Source of the DNA: Gammaproteobacteria bacterium
GTDB lineage: Bacteria; Pseudomonadota; Gammaproteobacteria; Eutrophobiales; Eutrophobiaceae
Length of the DNA stretch: 64,000 nt
Assembly (NCBI GenBank): GCA_965116495.1
Contig: OZ220696.1
Location: 3,904,001 to 3,968,000, forward strand
Direction of reading: 5' to 3'
Made by a program: the position numbers and the translations under genes. Numbering within the stretch: the first letter of the stretch is position 1; every line of letters begins with the position of its first letter. Shown in pieces: positions 1 to 10,100 of the stretch. Below the pieces are notes generated by a model, which made no database searches, was not told the origin of the DNA, and saw only the letters and a program-made list of their open reading frames with translations.

Positions 1-52
1 CCTGTCTGGCCGCAACTACCAGGCCGTCTTTCAAATCAATAACGGGTATGAT

Positions 53-1105
53 ATGCATGTGGAAAATTATACAGGTTGGGATATCGGCGGTGCACATTTA
101 AAGATCGCCAGTCTCGATAAAAACGGGGCCCTGCGTATCCTGGACCAGTTTGCCACTCCATTATGGCAAGGTATCGATATGCTGGAGGATCCGGTCAACC
201 GGGCGGTTGATTCTCTACCACCGGGTAACTGCGTCCATACCCTGACCATGACCGGGGAACTGGCGGACTGCTTTCCCGGGCGCCGGGACGGGGTGATACG
301 GCTGGTGGATTATATATCGGCCCGGCTTGGCCGTAATAACCCCATCTATGTATATGCGGGCAACAAAGGTCTGATTACGCCTGACCGGGTACATGACTGT
401 CATACCGACATCGCCTCAGCCAACTGGCATGCAACTGCGACATTTGTTGCCAAAGACCTGGGCTCGGGAATCCTGGTCGACCTGGGTACTACCACCACCG
501 ATATCATTCCTTTCCATGCACACCGGGTTTGCAGCCGCGGCTATACCGACCAGGAACGGCTGAGAACCGGTGAACTGGTGTATACGGGCATAACCAGGAC
601 GCCCGTTATGGCAGTCCTTGATCGCGTACCATACAAGGATGCGTGGCAATCAATCGCCGCGGAGTATTTTGCCGGCATGGCGGACGTATACCGTATCACC
701 GGAGACCTGGATGAGCACTGCGATTTAATGCCCGCGGCTGACGGAGGTGAGAAAACCCGCTACCATAGTGTTAAACGCCTGGCGAGAATGCTGGGAGCGG
801 AATATAAGGCGACAGATGCCATTGAGCCCTGGTTGGACGTAGCACACCATATTGCTGAAAAACAATTTGAACGAATCGACCAGGCTTTCAACACCGTTAC
901 GGACAGGCTGGGAAAAACCATACGGAACAACATCGTCGCTGCAGGAGCAGGGCGCTTTATTATTGAGAAACTGGCCCGGAAAAATAATTACGGAGTAACC
1001 GATTTTGAGGATTTATTACCGTCATCCGACAAGAAATTGCGCTTCGTTAATAATTGTTCCACAGCAGTGGCAGTCGCCGGGTTAACCCGGATATTGCGCC
1101 GTTGA
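53..1105 (+). CDS. Hydantoinase/oxoprolinase-family H4MPT-linked C1 pathway protein (Orf9 / MfnF-like)
   Basis: GWDIGGAHLK, TMTGELAD, ASANW, DLGTTTTDII, RLARMLG motifs typical of Orf9/MfnF; sits next to pabB and an Orf21-like kinase. Confidence 0.85.
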   Translation: MHVENYTGWDIGGAHLKIASLDKNGALRILDQFATPLWQGIDMLEDPVNRAVDSLPPGNCVHTLTMTGELADCFPGRRDGVIRLVDYISARLGRNNPIYVYAGNKGLITPDRVHDCHTDIASANWHATATFVAKDLGSGILVDLGTTTTDIIPFHAHRVCSRGYTDQERLRTGELVYTGITRTPVMAVLDRVPYKDAWQSIAAEYFAGMADVYRITGDLDEHCDLMPAADGGEKTRYHSVKRLARMLGAEYKATDAIEPWLDVAHHIAEKQFERIDQAFNTVTDRLGKTIRNNIVAAGAGRFIIEKLARKNNYGVTDFEDLLPSSDKKLRFVNNCSTAVAVAGLTRILRR

Positions 1106-1135
1106 GTATTATGACAAATTGTTGGGATATGCGTA

Positions 1136-2488
1136 ATGCGCCTGGTTGAACTGGATTATGCCCGTGACTCTGCGCTGTTGTTCAGCCGTATCGCCGCTGA
1201 GCCGTGGAGTATTTTCCTTGACAGCGGATATCCACTGATTGACAGGGGCCGTTACGACATAATGACTGCCCGGCCCTATCGTACCCTCGTCACCTGTGCA
1301 GATGAAACACGGATAGCCGACGGGGAATCGGTGCAATTCTCGGGGGAAGACCCGTTTGACCTGGTCAGACGGCAGTTGGGTGAACACCGTATCAATTTCT
1401 CCGGGCTCCCGTTTTCCGGCGGGGCGCTGGGGTATTTTTCCTACGACCTTGGACGCCGTATAGAACAGTTGCCGGCCCTGTGCCGGGACGACATCGGTAT
1501 ACCGGATATGGCCATAGGCCTGTATGACTGGGCGCTGATTGTCGATCACCACAGGAGACGAACCTGGTTGATTGCAGCTGAAGAGGCCAGGCTCGGCGTT
1601 GAGGACTGGAAGGGTTTGCAGGAGTTGTTCAGCACTGACGATACCCGGGAGATGGCGGGTCATTCGATAGGGTCGCGTATGTTGAATCACACTGGCAAGG
1701 AGCAGTACCGCGCCGCTTTTGACCGTATTCAATGCTATATCCACGACGGTGACTGCTACCAGGTCAACCTGGCCCAGCGTTTCAGCGTTGCCGTCACAGG
1801 TGATTCATGGAGCATTTACCGGCAGTTGAGAAAATCCAACCCTGCTCCCTATGCCTGCTTTTTCCGGCTCGAGCAGGGCTGCATCCTGAGTTCATCGCCG
1901 GAACGGTTCATTTCCGTATCCAATGATCAGGTGGAGACCAAGCCAATAAAGGGTACCATCAGGCGCTCCGATTATGCCTACGAGGACAAAGCCCTGGCAG
2001 AACAATTACTGGAGAGTGAAAAGGACCGGGCGGAGAACCTGATGATCGTGGACTTGCTGAGGAATGATATCGGCAAGAACTGCGAGATCGGCAGCGTCAT
2101 GGTCCCCAGGTTATTCGCCCTGGAAAGTTTTGCCACCGTACATCACCTGGTAAGCACTGTGACCGGCCGCCTGGCTCGGAGCAGACATGCGCTCGAGCTA
2201 TTACGAGGGGCTTTCCCGGGGGGTTCCATAACGGGCGCGCCCAAACTTCGCGCCATGCAAATCATCGAAGAACTGGAGGACTTTCGCCGTACCGTATATT
2301 GCGGCGCCATCGGCTATATCGGGTTTGACGGTAATATGGATACCAATATTGCGATTCGTACCCTGGTACATAAAGATGACAGAATTTACTTCTGGGCAGG
2401 CGGGGGAATAGTGGCTGACTCCATGCCTGAAAGTGAATACCGGGAGTGTTTTACCAAGGCTGAGGCTATTATGCGGCTGTTTGAGTAG
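1136..2488 (+). CDS. pabB: Aminodeoxychorismate synthase component I
   Basis: GDCYQVNLAQRF, SSSPERF, PIKGT, AENLMIVDLLRND, FPGGSITGAPK chorismate-binding motifs. Confidence 0.93.
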   Translation: MRLVELDYARDSALLFSRIAAEPWSIFLDSGYPLIDRGRYDIMTARPYRTLVTCADETRIADGESVQFSGEDPFDLVRRQLGEHRINFSGLPFSGGALGYFSYDLGRRIEQLPALCRDDIGIPDMAIGLYDWALIVDHHRRRTWLIAAEEARLGVEDWKGLQELFSTDDTREMAGHSIGSRMLNHTGKEQYRAAFDRIQCYIHDGDCYQVNLAQRFSVAVTGDSWSIYRQLRKSNPAPYACFFRLEQGCILSSSPERFISVSNDQVETKPIKGTIRRSDYAYEDKALAEQLLESEKDRAENLMIVDLLRNDIGKNCEIGSVMVPRLFALESFATVHHLVSTVTGRLARSRHALELLRGAFPGGSITGAPKLRAMQIIEELEDFRRTVYCGAIGYIGFDGNMDTNIAIRTLVHKDDRIYFWAGGGIVADSMPESEYRECFTKAEAIMRLFE

Positions 2489-2490
2489 AG

Positions 2491-3117
2491 ATGTGGGTAG
2501 TTAAGGTTGGCGGTAGTCTGGAAACGGCGCCCGGGTTAGGTGACCTGCTGGCGTTGCTGGTTGAATATGGGCATTCAAGGATCGTTATCGTGCCCGGTGG
2601 CGGACGATTTGCCGACCGGGTCCGGTCCGGTCAGGCTGAATTGAACCTGAGTGATGAAGCCGCTCACGTCATGGCCATACTGGCCATGGAACAGTTTGCC
2701 GGGGTATTGTGCGGCCTGAATCCGAATTTACACCCGATTGTCCATACAGGCGAAATTGGCGCCATAAACAACAAGGCGGCGATACCCGTCTGGCTTCCCG
2801 CTGAACTGCTTACCGGACAACCTGACATCCCGGTGAGCTGGCAGGTGACCTCCGACAGCCTGGCCCTGTGGTTTGCCGGAAAAATCGATGCAGACGCGCT
2901 AATACTGGTCAAATCGGCTAGCAACGAGACCCCGGACGCAGGACAACTGGCTGCGTCCGGCTACCTGGATGAATTTTTCCCGAAGATGCTTGCAAAAACA
3001 GAAGTGAAGAAAATTGCCTGTGTCTGTATCAATGACCTGGAAATCCTGCAACAGGCCCTGGTCTCTGGCACAATCCCACCTGAAATACGAATTGATACAA
3101 AAGGAAACGGAATTTAA
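2491..3117 (+). CDS. Amino-acid-kinase-family protein (Orf21 / MfnE-like)
   Basis: VVKVGGSL, VPGGGRFAD, AHVMAILAMEQ, SWQVTSDSLA. Confidence 0.85.
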   Translation: MWVVKVGGSLETAPGLGDLLALLVEYGHSRIVIVPGGGRFADRVRSGQAELNLSDEAAHVMAILAMEQFAGVLCGLNPNLHPIVHTGEIGAINNKAAIPVWLPAELLTGQPDIPVSWQVTSDSLALWFAGKIDADALILVKSASNETPDAGQLAASGYLDEFFPKMLAKTEVKKIACVCINDLEILQQALVSGTIPPEIRIDTKGNGI

Positions 3118-3141
3118 TTCCGTCCCCGTGCTACGAAGGGA

Positions 3142-3209
3142 TTTAACGCAGGATTTTATTTGTCAGACGAGGAAGACCAACGAAGGATGGCAAAAAAAGA
3201 CAAGTTAAA
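3142..3209 (+). repeat. Internally deleted copy of a dispersed MITE-like repeat (full copy at 43261-43387)
   Basis: TTTAACGCAGGATTT...TCAG.CGAGG...CCAACGAAG.ATG...AAAAAAAGACAAGTTAAA is shared with the minus strand of 43261-43387. Confidence 0.7.
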
Positions 3210-3217
3210 TTAAGAAG

Positions 3218-3251
3218 GCCTGGCGCCTGAAGGAGGTTGGAGGCGCCAGGC
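3218..3251 (-). terminator. Intrinsic terminator downstream of nrdB
   Basis: Perfect 11-bp stem GCCTGGCGCCT/AGGCGCCAGGC; on the minus strand followed by CTTCTTAATTT. Confidence 0.6.
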
Positions 3252-3322
3252 AATAGCCGAGCTCCTGCTGGGCTTCCCGCTGAAATCGTTTTATTCGGTC
3301 TGTTTAGTCGGAGCAGTCTCCG

Positions 3323-4534
3323 TCAGTCCCAGTTCAATACGCCGCCGGTCTGGTATTCGGTGACGCGTGTTTCAAAAAAGTTCTTTTCCTTGTTCAGGTC
3401 CATGAGTTCGCTCATCCAGGGAAAAGGGTTGCTGGCCCCGGAATATTGTTCACTCAAACCAATCTGGGCACAGCGTCGATTGGCGATGAACTTCAGGTAC
3501 TCCTCAAACATATTGGCATTCAGGCCCAGTACGCCCCGCGGCATGGTGTCGTAGGCGTAGCGGATTTCCAATTCCACTGACTCGCGCAGGATGGCAATGA
3601 TTTCCTCCTGGAATTCCGTGGTCCACAAGTGTGGGTTTTCGATTTTTATCTGGTTGATAACATCAATGCCGAAGTTCATGTGCATGGATTCATCCCGCAG
3701 GATGTATTGAAACTGCTCGGCGCAACCCGTCATTTTATTGCGCCGGCCCATGGACAGGACCTGTACGAAGCCGACGTAGAAGAAGATGCCTTCGAATACG
3801 ATATAGAAGGCAATCAGGTCTCGTAACAGGCGTTGGTCGGCCGCCGGCGTACCGGTATGGAACGCCGGGTCTCCCAGGCTGTGAGTGAAGCGCATGGCCC
3901 AGGACGCTTTGTCGTGTATGGATGGAACTTCACGATACATGTTGAATACTTCAGCCTCATCCAGCCCCAGGGATTCGACACAGTACTGGTAGGCATGGGT
4001 ATGCAATGCTTCTTCAAAAGCCTGCCGGAGCAGGTATTGGCGGCATTCCGGGTTGGTAATATGACGGTATACCGCGAGCACCAGGTTGTTGGCCACCAGT
4101 GAGTCCGCAGAAGCGAAAAACCCCAGGTTACGTTTTATGATGGTCCGTTCATCTTCAGTCAGGCCCTCAGGGTTTTTCCACAGCGCGATGTCCGCAGTCA
4201 TGTTGATTTCCTGGGGCATCCAGTGGTTGGCGCATGCGTCCAGGTATTTCTGCCAGGCCCATTTGTATTTGAACGGCACCAGTTGATTCAGGTCGGCGCG
4301 GCAGTTGATCATCTGTTTGTCATCGACACTGATCCTGCCGGCGCCGAATTCAACTTCCTCCAGGCCGGTAATTCCGCCTTGATCCTGCCCGTTCGCAATG
4401 ATCAGGTCCGGGCCGGATTGTGCAGCGCTGTCCGGTGCGCCCATTTCGGACTCTATGGCCGGCCGGAGCGGAAAGCTGTTTTCACTCTTCTCTTGTTTGA
4501 TACAGGCAATAGGATCATCCCAACTGGTCAGCAT
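3323..4534 (-). CDS. nrdB: Ribonucleotide reductase class Ia beta subunit
   Basis: [16 protein letters not shown] (radical Tyr), [23 protein letters not shown]-terminus; start taken at MLTSWDD. Confidence 0.95.
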   Translation of the reverse strand: MLTSWDDPIACIKQEKSENSFPLRPAIESEMGAPDSAAQSGPDLIIANGQDQGGITGLEEVEFGAGRISVDDKQMINCRADLNQLVPFKYKWAWQKYLDACANHWMPQEINMTADIALWKNPEGLTEDERTIIKRNLGFFASADSLVANNLVLAVYRHITNPECRQYLLRQAFEEALHTHAYQYCVESLGLDEAEVFNMYREVPSIHDKASWAMRFTHSLGDPAFHTGTPAADQRLLRDLIAFYIVFEGIFFYVGFVQVLSMGRRNKMTGCAEQFQYILRDESMHMNFGIDVINQIKIENPHLWTTEFQEEIIAILRESVELEIRYAYDTMPRGVLGLNANMFEEYLKFIANRRCAQIGLSEQYSGASNPFPWMSELMDLNKEKNFFETRVTEYQTGGVLNWD

Positions 4535-4629
4535 AATTTTCACCCGTCATCATGATGGTTTACGTTTCCGACATGTATATAACCTGCCGGGAGCTTTGCA
4601 GAGACCTGTCCCAGGCACTTGTCCAATGG

Positions 4630-7560
4630 TTACTGGCATGACTCACACTCCGTGTCATCCAGCGTACATATGTTGGTATCTTCCTGCTCGGAGGCTACGC
4701 GCTCGACCGCAGCAAGCTTGTTTTCCCGGCCACCGCTCAGGGTGCTTTTCTCTACGTGCGTTGCGCCCAGGCTGCGCAGGTAGTAAGTTGTCTTGAGTCC
4801 GCGTATCCAGGCCAGTTTGTACAGGTTATCCATTTTTTTACCGTCCGGCGCGGACATGTACAAATTCAGTGACTGTGCCTGATCGATCCATTTCTGCCGG
4901 CGTGACGCGCATTCCACCAACCAGCGCGGGTCTACCTCAAAAGCGGTCGAATAAAGCATTTTCAAATCATCCGGTATGCGGTCTATCTGCTGCACGCTGC
5001 CGTCAAAATACTTGAGATCGCTGACCATGACGTCATCCCAGAGGCCGCGCTCCTTGAGATCGTTCACCATGTAAGGATTGACTACGGTGAACTCGCCGGA
5101 CAGGTTCGATTTGACGAACAGGTTCTGGTAGGTGGGCTCGATGGATTGCGCGACACCACAAATGTTGGAAATGGTTGCAGTGGGTGCAATGGCCATGCAA
5201 TTGGAATTACGCATACCCGTTTTTTTCACGCGTTTGCGTAACCCGGCCCAGTCCAGGTTCTGCGACTTGTCCATATCCAGTAAACCGTCGCGGTTTTTTT
5301 CAAGTATGTCGATGGAATCAATCGGTAAAATTCCCTTGCTCCAGAGTGAACCCTTGAAACTGGTATAAGTGCCGCGCTCTTCGGCCAGGTCGGTTGATGC
5401 CTTGATGGCGCAGTAACTGACCATCTCCATACTGCTGTCGGCGAACTCAATGGCTTCCCTGGACGCGTAGGGCAGGCGCAGTTTGTACAGTGCATCCTGA
5501 AACCCCATGATCCCCATACCTACCGGACGATGTTTCAGGTTGGAGCGGCGCGCCTGCGGCACACTGTAATAGTTGTAGTCGATTACGTTATCCAGCATAC
5601 GCATGGCGACGTTGACGGTGCGCTCCAGTTTTTCCTGGTCGAGCCCGTTTTCCGTCACATGCTGCGCCAGGTTGACGGAACCCAGGTTGCAGACGGCAAT
5701 CTCGTCATCCGAGGTGTTCAGCGTGATCTCGGTACACAGGTTGGATGAATGCACAACGCCGGTATGCTGTTGTGGTGAGCGCAGGTTGCAGGGATCCTTG
5801 AACGTGAGCCAGGGATGGCCGGTTTCGTACAGCATTGAAAGCAGCTTGCGCCACAGGTCAAGCGCCTTGAGGGTCTTGTGAAGTTTAAGCTCGCCGTCAG
5901 CAGCCATTTGCTCATATTCCACGTAGCGCCGATTAAATTCCCGCCCATACAGGTCATGTAAATCCTCGGTATCGTCCGGTGAGAACAGGGTCCAGTCGCC
6001 GCCTTCGCTGACCCGCTGCATGAACAGGTCGGGTATCCAGTTGGCGGTATTCATGTCATGGGTGCGGCGCCGGTCATCACCGGTATTTTTACGCAGTTCC
6101 AGGAACTCCTCGATATCGAGATGCCAGGTCTCCAGGTATGCGCACATGGCGCCCTTTCTTTTCCCACCTTGGTTAACTGCTACGGCGGTGTCGTTGGCAA
6201 CCTTGAGAAAGGGCACGACACCCTGGGATTTCCCGTTGGTTCCTTTAATATGCGCGCCCATTGAGCGCACCCGGCTCCAGTCATTGCCCAGGCCGCCGGC
6301 AAATTTGGATAACAGGGCGTCATCCTTGATCGCGCTGAAGATACCGTCCAGGTTGTCAGGTACCGTGCTCAGGTAGCAACTGGAAAGCTGCGGCCGGCAC
6401 GTTCCTGAATTAAACAGGGTAGGGGTGGAACTCATGAAGTCAAAGGAAGACAGCAGTTCATAAAACTCGATCGTCTTGCTTTCCCGGTCCAGTTCGTTAA
6501 TAGCCAGGCCCATCGCCACCCGCATGAAGAAAACCTGCGGCAGTTCGATACGGACCTGCTCATCGGTATGGATGAAGTAGCGGTCATACAGGGTTTGCAG
6601 GCCCAGGTAGGTGAATAAGTGGTCGCGCTCGGGTTTCAATGCCTTACCCAGGCGGTCCAGGTCGTATTTCACCAGTTCATGGCCCAGTAAATCCAGGGAA
6701 GAAGCCGCTTCAACATACTTGCGGAAATACAGTGGGTATTGTTCCGCCATCTGCGCCTGGGTCGCCTCCACGTCGCCCTGGTTGACATAGCTCAGGGCTT
6801 CCCTGCGTAAGCCGTCCAGCAACAGGCGGGCGGCGACATACGAGTAATTCGGTTCTTTCTCGATCAGCGCCCGGGCGCTCATGACCAATGCGGGATTCAC
6901 GTCAGCCTCATTGACCCCGTCGAATATATTACGCAGTGTGTCGTCAATAATCAGACTGCCGTCGACGTGTTCCAGGCCGCTACAGGCCTCGTTAACGACC
7001 GCGACCAGACGCTCCTTGTCCAGTTTTTTTAACGTACCATTCCTGGTTTTTACATTAATACCGTCCGTTGCATCGATTTGTTCGACGTCCGTCTCCTTTT
7101 CTTTTTCAACGCGGGCCCGGGCCCGTTCTTCCCTGTAGATCACGTACGCGCGCGCAACCTTCTGCTCGCCGGCGCGCATCAATGCCAGTTCGACCTGGTC
7201 CTGGATATCTTCAATATGCACGGTGCCGCCGCTGGACAGCCGGCGCGTCACGCCCCTGACCACCTGTTCGGCAAGCTCCTCTACTTTTTCGTGGACACGG
7301 GTTGATGCTGCGGCTGTTCCCCCTTCCACATCCAGGAACGCCTTGGTGATCGCTACACTGATCTTGGATGCGTCAAAGGCAGTCACTTTGCCGTTGCGGC
7401 GGATAACGTTGTATTCGCCGGGCTGGTAGGTGTTTAATACACCGGTATATTCGGGATTGAGCTGCTCGCCGTTCTGTCTGGCAGGCTCGTTGCCGGTGTG
7501 AATCCTGTCGGCACTTATGTCAACTACGGACTCCGCCACAACGGATTTTTCGCTTTGCAT
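4630..7560 (-). CDS. nrdA: Ribonucleotide reductase class Ia alpha subunit with two ATP-cone domains
   Basis: VIRRNG and VKTRNG ATP cones, TPTLFNSGT, SSNLCTEI, APTATIS, KTTYY, C-terminal CESC. Confidence 0.96.
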   Translation of the reverse strand: MQSEKSVVAESVVDISADRIHTGNEPARQNGEQLNPEYTGVLNTYQPGEYNVIRRNGKVTAFDASKISVAITKAFLDVEGGTAAASTRVHEKVEELAEQVVRGVTRRLSSGGTVHIEDIQDQVELALMRAGEQKVARAYVIYREERARARVEKEKETDVEQIDATDGINVKTRNGTLKKLDKERLVAVVNEACSGLEHVDGSLIIDDTLRNIFDGVNEADVNPALVMSARALIEKEPNYSYVAARLLLDGLRREALSYVNQGDVEATQAQMAEQYPLYFRKYVEAASSLDLLGHELVKYDLDRLGKALKPERDHLFTYLGLQTLYDRYFIHTDEQVRIELPQVFFMRVAMGLAINELDRESKTIEFYELLSSFDFMSSTPTLFNSGTCRPQLSSCYLSTVPDNLDGIFSAIKDDALLSKFAGGLGNDWSRVRSMGAHIKGTNGKSQGVVPFLKVANDTAVAVNQGGKRKGAMCAYLETWHLDIEEFLELRKNTGDDRRRTHDMNTANWIPDLFMQRVSEGGDWTLFSPDDTEDLHDLYGREFNRRYVEYEQMAADGELKLHKTLKALDLWRKLLSMLYETGHPWLTFKDPCNLRSPQQHTGVVHSSNLCTEITLNTSDDEIAVCNLGSVNLAQHVTENGLDQEKLERTVNVAMRMLDNVIDYNYYSVPQARRSNLKHRPVGMGIMGFQDALYKLRLPYASREAIEFADSSMEMVSYCAIKASTDLAEERGTYTSFKGSLWSKGILPIDSIDILEKNRDGLLDMDKSQNLDWAGLRKRVKKTGMRNSNCMAIAPTATISNICGVAQSIEPTYQNLFVKSNLSGEFTVVNPYMVNDLKERGLWDDVMVSDLKYFDGSVQQIDRIPDDLKMLYSTAFEVDPRWLVECASRRQKWIDQAQSLNLYMSAPDGKKMDNLYKLAWIRGLKTTYYLRSLGATHVEKSTLSGGRENKLAAVERVASEQEDTNICTLDDTECESCQ

Positions 7561-7661
7561 AGGCCCTATCCGCGCATCTTATTCTTGTTGAGTGCCGTTC
7601 GCGGGACTGGTCAGGAATCCGAAAACGGGATGAAGTTTGTTACGTAAGGCTCATTATTACA

Positions 7662-7708
7662 CCACCATATTGTGTGGTCAAGTATTATTTTACTACAATA
7701 TCTTGTGG
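7662..7708. promoter_or_regulatory. Tandem NrdR boxes
   Basis: CCACCATATTGTGTGG (7662-7677) and CTACAATATCTTGTGG (7693-7708), 31 bp apart, upstream of nrdA; match the NrdR consensus and its usual spacing. Confidence 0.8.
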
Positions 7709-7775
7709 ATTTTGTTGTGGTTTAGCGTTGAATTTCGTGTGGATAAGCTGAGTAAAAAGAAGGAGGTCAAAACAA

Positions 7776-9203
7776 ATGTCGACACAAAAAGCAAAAATAC
7801 GGGCGGATGTGGCGGTACTGGGATCCGGTCCCGGCGGCTACACGGCGGCATTCCGCGCCGCGGACCTGGGCATGAAGACCGTTCTGGTCGAGCGCTATCC
7901 CAGCCTGGGTGGCGTATGCCTGAACGTCGGCTGTATCCCCTCCAAAGCCCTACTGCATGTCGCCAGGGTGATCAGTGATGCCAGGGAGGCAGCCGCATAC
8001 GGGATTGAGTTCGGCGGACCGGATATAGATCGGACCAGGCTGCTGCGCTGGAAGGACAAGGTATTATCCCGGCTCACCACCGGCCTGAAAGGGTTGGCAG
8101 GAAAAAGAAAAGTTGCGCTGATCCAGGGTACGGGCCAGTTTGCCTCGCCCAACCGGATTACCGTAGACACCGGGGACGGAACACAGGATGTGGAATTCGA
8201 CAAAGCCATTATTGCCGTCGGGTCCCGATCGATAAGCCTGCCGGACTGCCCGGATGATCCCCGTGTGATGGATTCAACCGACGCCCTGGCTTTGCCGGAT
8301 ATACCGTCAAGGCTACTCATCATCGGCGGCGGGATCATCGGCCTGGAAATGGCTACGGTATACCACGAATTAGGCAGTAGGGTTACCGTGGTGGAACTGC
8401 TGGATAACCTGATGACGGGGGCCGACCCCGACCTGGTGAAACCCCTGCATAAACGCATAACCGGGCAATACGAGAATATTTACACGGGCACCCGCGTGAC
8501 CGGGATCAAGCCCTCCGAAAAAGGTTTGACGGTGGGCTTTTCCGGCTCCAGGGCGCCATCCGGGGACACCTTTGACCGGGTCCTGGTGGCGGTGGGCCGG
8601 CAGCCTGGCGGTAAACATATCGGCGCCGCTAACGCCGGTATCAATGTCGATGAGCGGGGATTTATCCCGGTGGACAAACAGCAGCGTACCAACGTTGCCA
8701 ATATCTTCGCCGTGGGTGACGTGGTCGGTGAACCCATGCTGGCCCACAAGGCCAGCCACGAGGGGAAGGTGGCCGCGCAGGTCGCCGCCGGGTTGAACAG
8801 CGCATTCGACGCCAGGGTTATCCCCTCGGTGGCCTATACGGACCCGGAGGTGGCCTGGATCGGCATCACGGAAGCGGAGGCGGAGCAGCAGGGGCTCAAT
8901 TACGGAAAGGGCGCGTTTCCCTGGGCGGCCAGCGGGCGTTCCCTGAGCCTGGGACGCAACGAGGGGTTGACCAAACTGCTGTTCGATGAACAGACCCGGC
9001 AGGTCATCGGCGCTGGCATCGTCGGTCCCAACGCCGGTGACCTGATCGCGGAAGTAGCCCTGGCCATAGAGATGGATTGCACTGCCGAAGACATCGGCCT
9101 GACCATCCATCCCCATCCCACCTTGTCGGAAACCGTCGCCTTCGCCGCCGACATGTACGAGGGGACCATTACGGATTTGTATGTGGGGGGTAAAGGGGAT
9201 TAG
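7776..9203 (+). CDS. lpdA: Dihydrolipoamide dehydrogenase (E3)
   Basis: GSGPGG, GGVCLNVGCIPSK redox disulfide, GGGIIGLE, HPHPTLSE. Confidence 0.95.
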   Translation: MSTQKAKIRADVAVLGSGPGGYTAAFRAADLGMKTVLVERYPSLGGVCLNVGCIPSKALLHVARVISDAREAAAYGIEFGGPDIDRTRLLRWKDKVLSRLTTGLKGLAGKRKVALIQGTGQFASPNRITVDTGDGTQDVEFDKAIIAVGSRSISLPDCPDDPRVMDSTDALALPDIPSRLLIIGGGIIGLEMATVYHELGSRVTVVELLDNLMTGADPDLVKPLHKRITGQYENIYTGTRVTGIKPSEKGLTVGFSGSRAPSGDTFDRVLVAVGRQPGGKHIGAANAGINVDERGFIPVDKQQRTNVANIFAVGDVVGEPMLAHKASHEGKVAAQVAAGLNSAFDARVIPSVAYTDPEVAWIGITEAEAEQQGLNYGKGAFPWAASGRSLSLGRNEGLTKLLFDEQTRQVIGAGIVGPNAGDLIAEVALAIEMDCTAEDIGLTIHPHPTLSETVAFAADMYEGTITDLYVGGKGD

Positions 9204-9342
9204 CAATTACGAATTGGGAATTCGTCCCTCACAAGCAAGGTCAAAGCTACGGCCGGTATGTCTCTGCAATTGTAAATTGTCAGGCGGGTCAATATACTTG
9301 CCGTGTAACAAGACTTAACAACCACTCAGAGGATGTCACGTC

Positions 9343-10095
9343 ATGCCAGCCACAACCGGAATTTACCGGTCGGATCGAATTTCCGAATCTATCGGATCTT
9401 TGCGCATCATCCTGTTATTGGCAGCATCGCTGCTGCTAGCCGCAGGTTGTACTACCACCCAGGATTTTTCCACCATATCGGCCCTGGAATCCCAGGATGA
9501 AGGAATAGAAATCGTATTAATGCCGTTGGACGTGGAGTTATCCGTCCTGACCATGGGCGGCATTCTGGAGCCCCGCGCCGACTGGACCAGGGATGCAAAA
9601 CAACACATATTGACTGCACTGGAGACGGAACAACAGACGCGCGGTTCCAGGATGCTGCATTATGAACAGCCCGATGGCAATGATCCCCTGGCCGAGCGCT
9701 TGGTGGAACTGGAGCGTTTACACGGCGCCGTGGGACTGGCAATACAAAAGCATCAATATGAAGGGATGAAGTTGCCCACAAAAAATGGTGCACTCGATTG
9801 GACCCTGGGGCCGGAAGTAACGACACTCGCACAAAAATACAATGCTGATTACGCCCTGTTTATACGAGTCAGGAACAGTTACAGCAGCGCCGGCCGTGTT
9901 CTGGCGAGACTGGCCGCCGCAGCGCTCGGCGTTTATATGCAAGGTGGCGAACAACAAGGGTTTGCTTCCCTGGTTGACCTGCGTAGCGGTGATATTGTCT
10001 GGTTCAATCGTTTAATCAGTATAGTTGGTGATTTGCGTACGGAAGAACCCGCGGCAAAGACAGTCTCACTGTTGCTGGAAGGTTTACCGCAATAA
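9343..10095 (+). CDS. Uncharacterised lipoprotein
   Basis: Lipobox LLLAAGC; ASLVDLRSGDIVWFN motif; first gene of a tight 3-gene operon; start uncertain. Confidence 0.65.
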   Translation: MPATTGIYRSDRISESIGSLRIILLLAASLLLAAGCTTTQDFSTISALESQDEGIEIVLMPLDVELSVLTMGGILEPRADWTRDAKQHILTALETEQQTRGSRMLHYEQPDGNDPLAERLVELERLHGAVGLAIQKHQYEGMKLPTKNGALDWTLGPEVTTLAQKYNADYALFIRVRNSYSSAGRVLARLAAAALGVYMQGGEQQGFASLVDLRSGDIVWFNRLISIVGDLRTEEPAAKTVSLLLEGLPQ

Positions 10096-10100
10096 ACATC

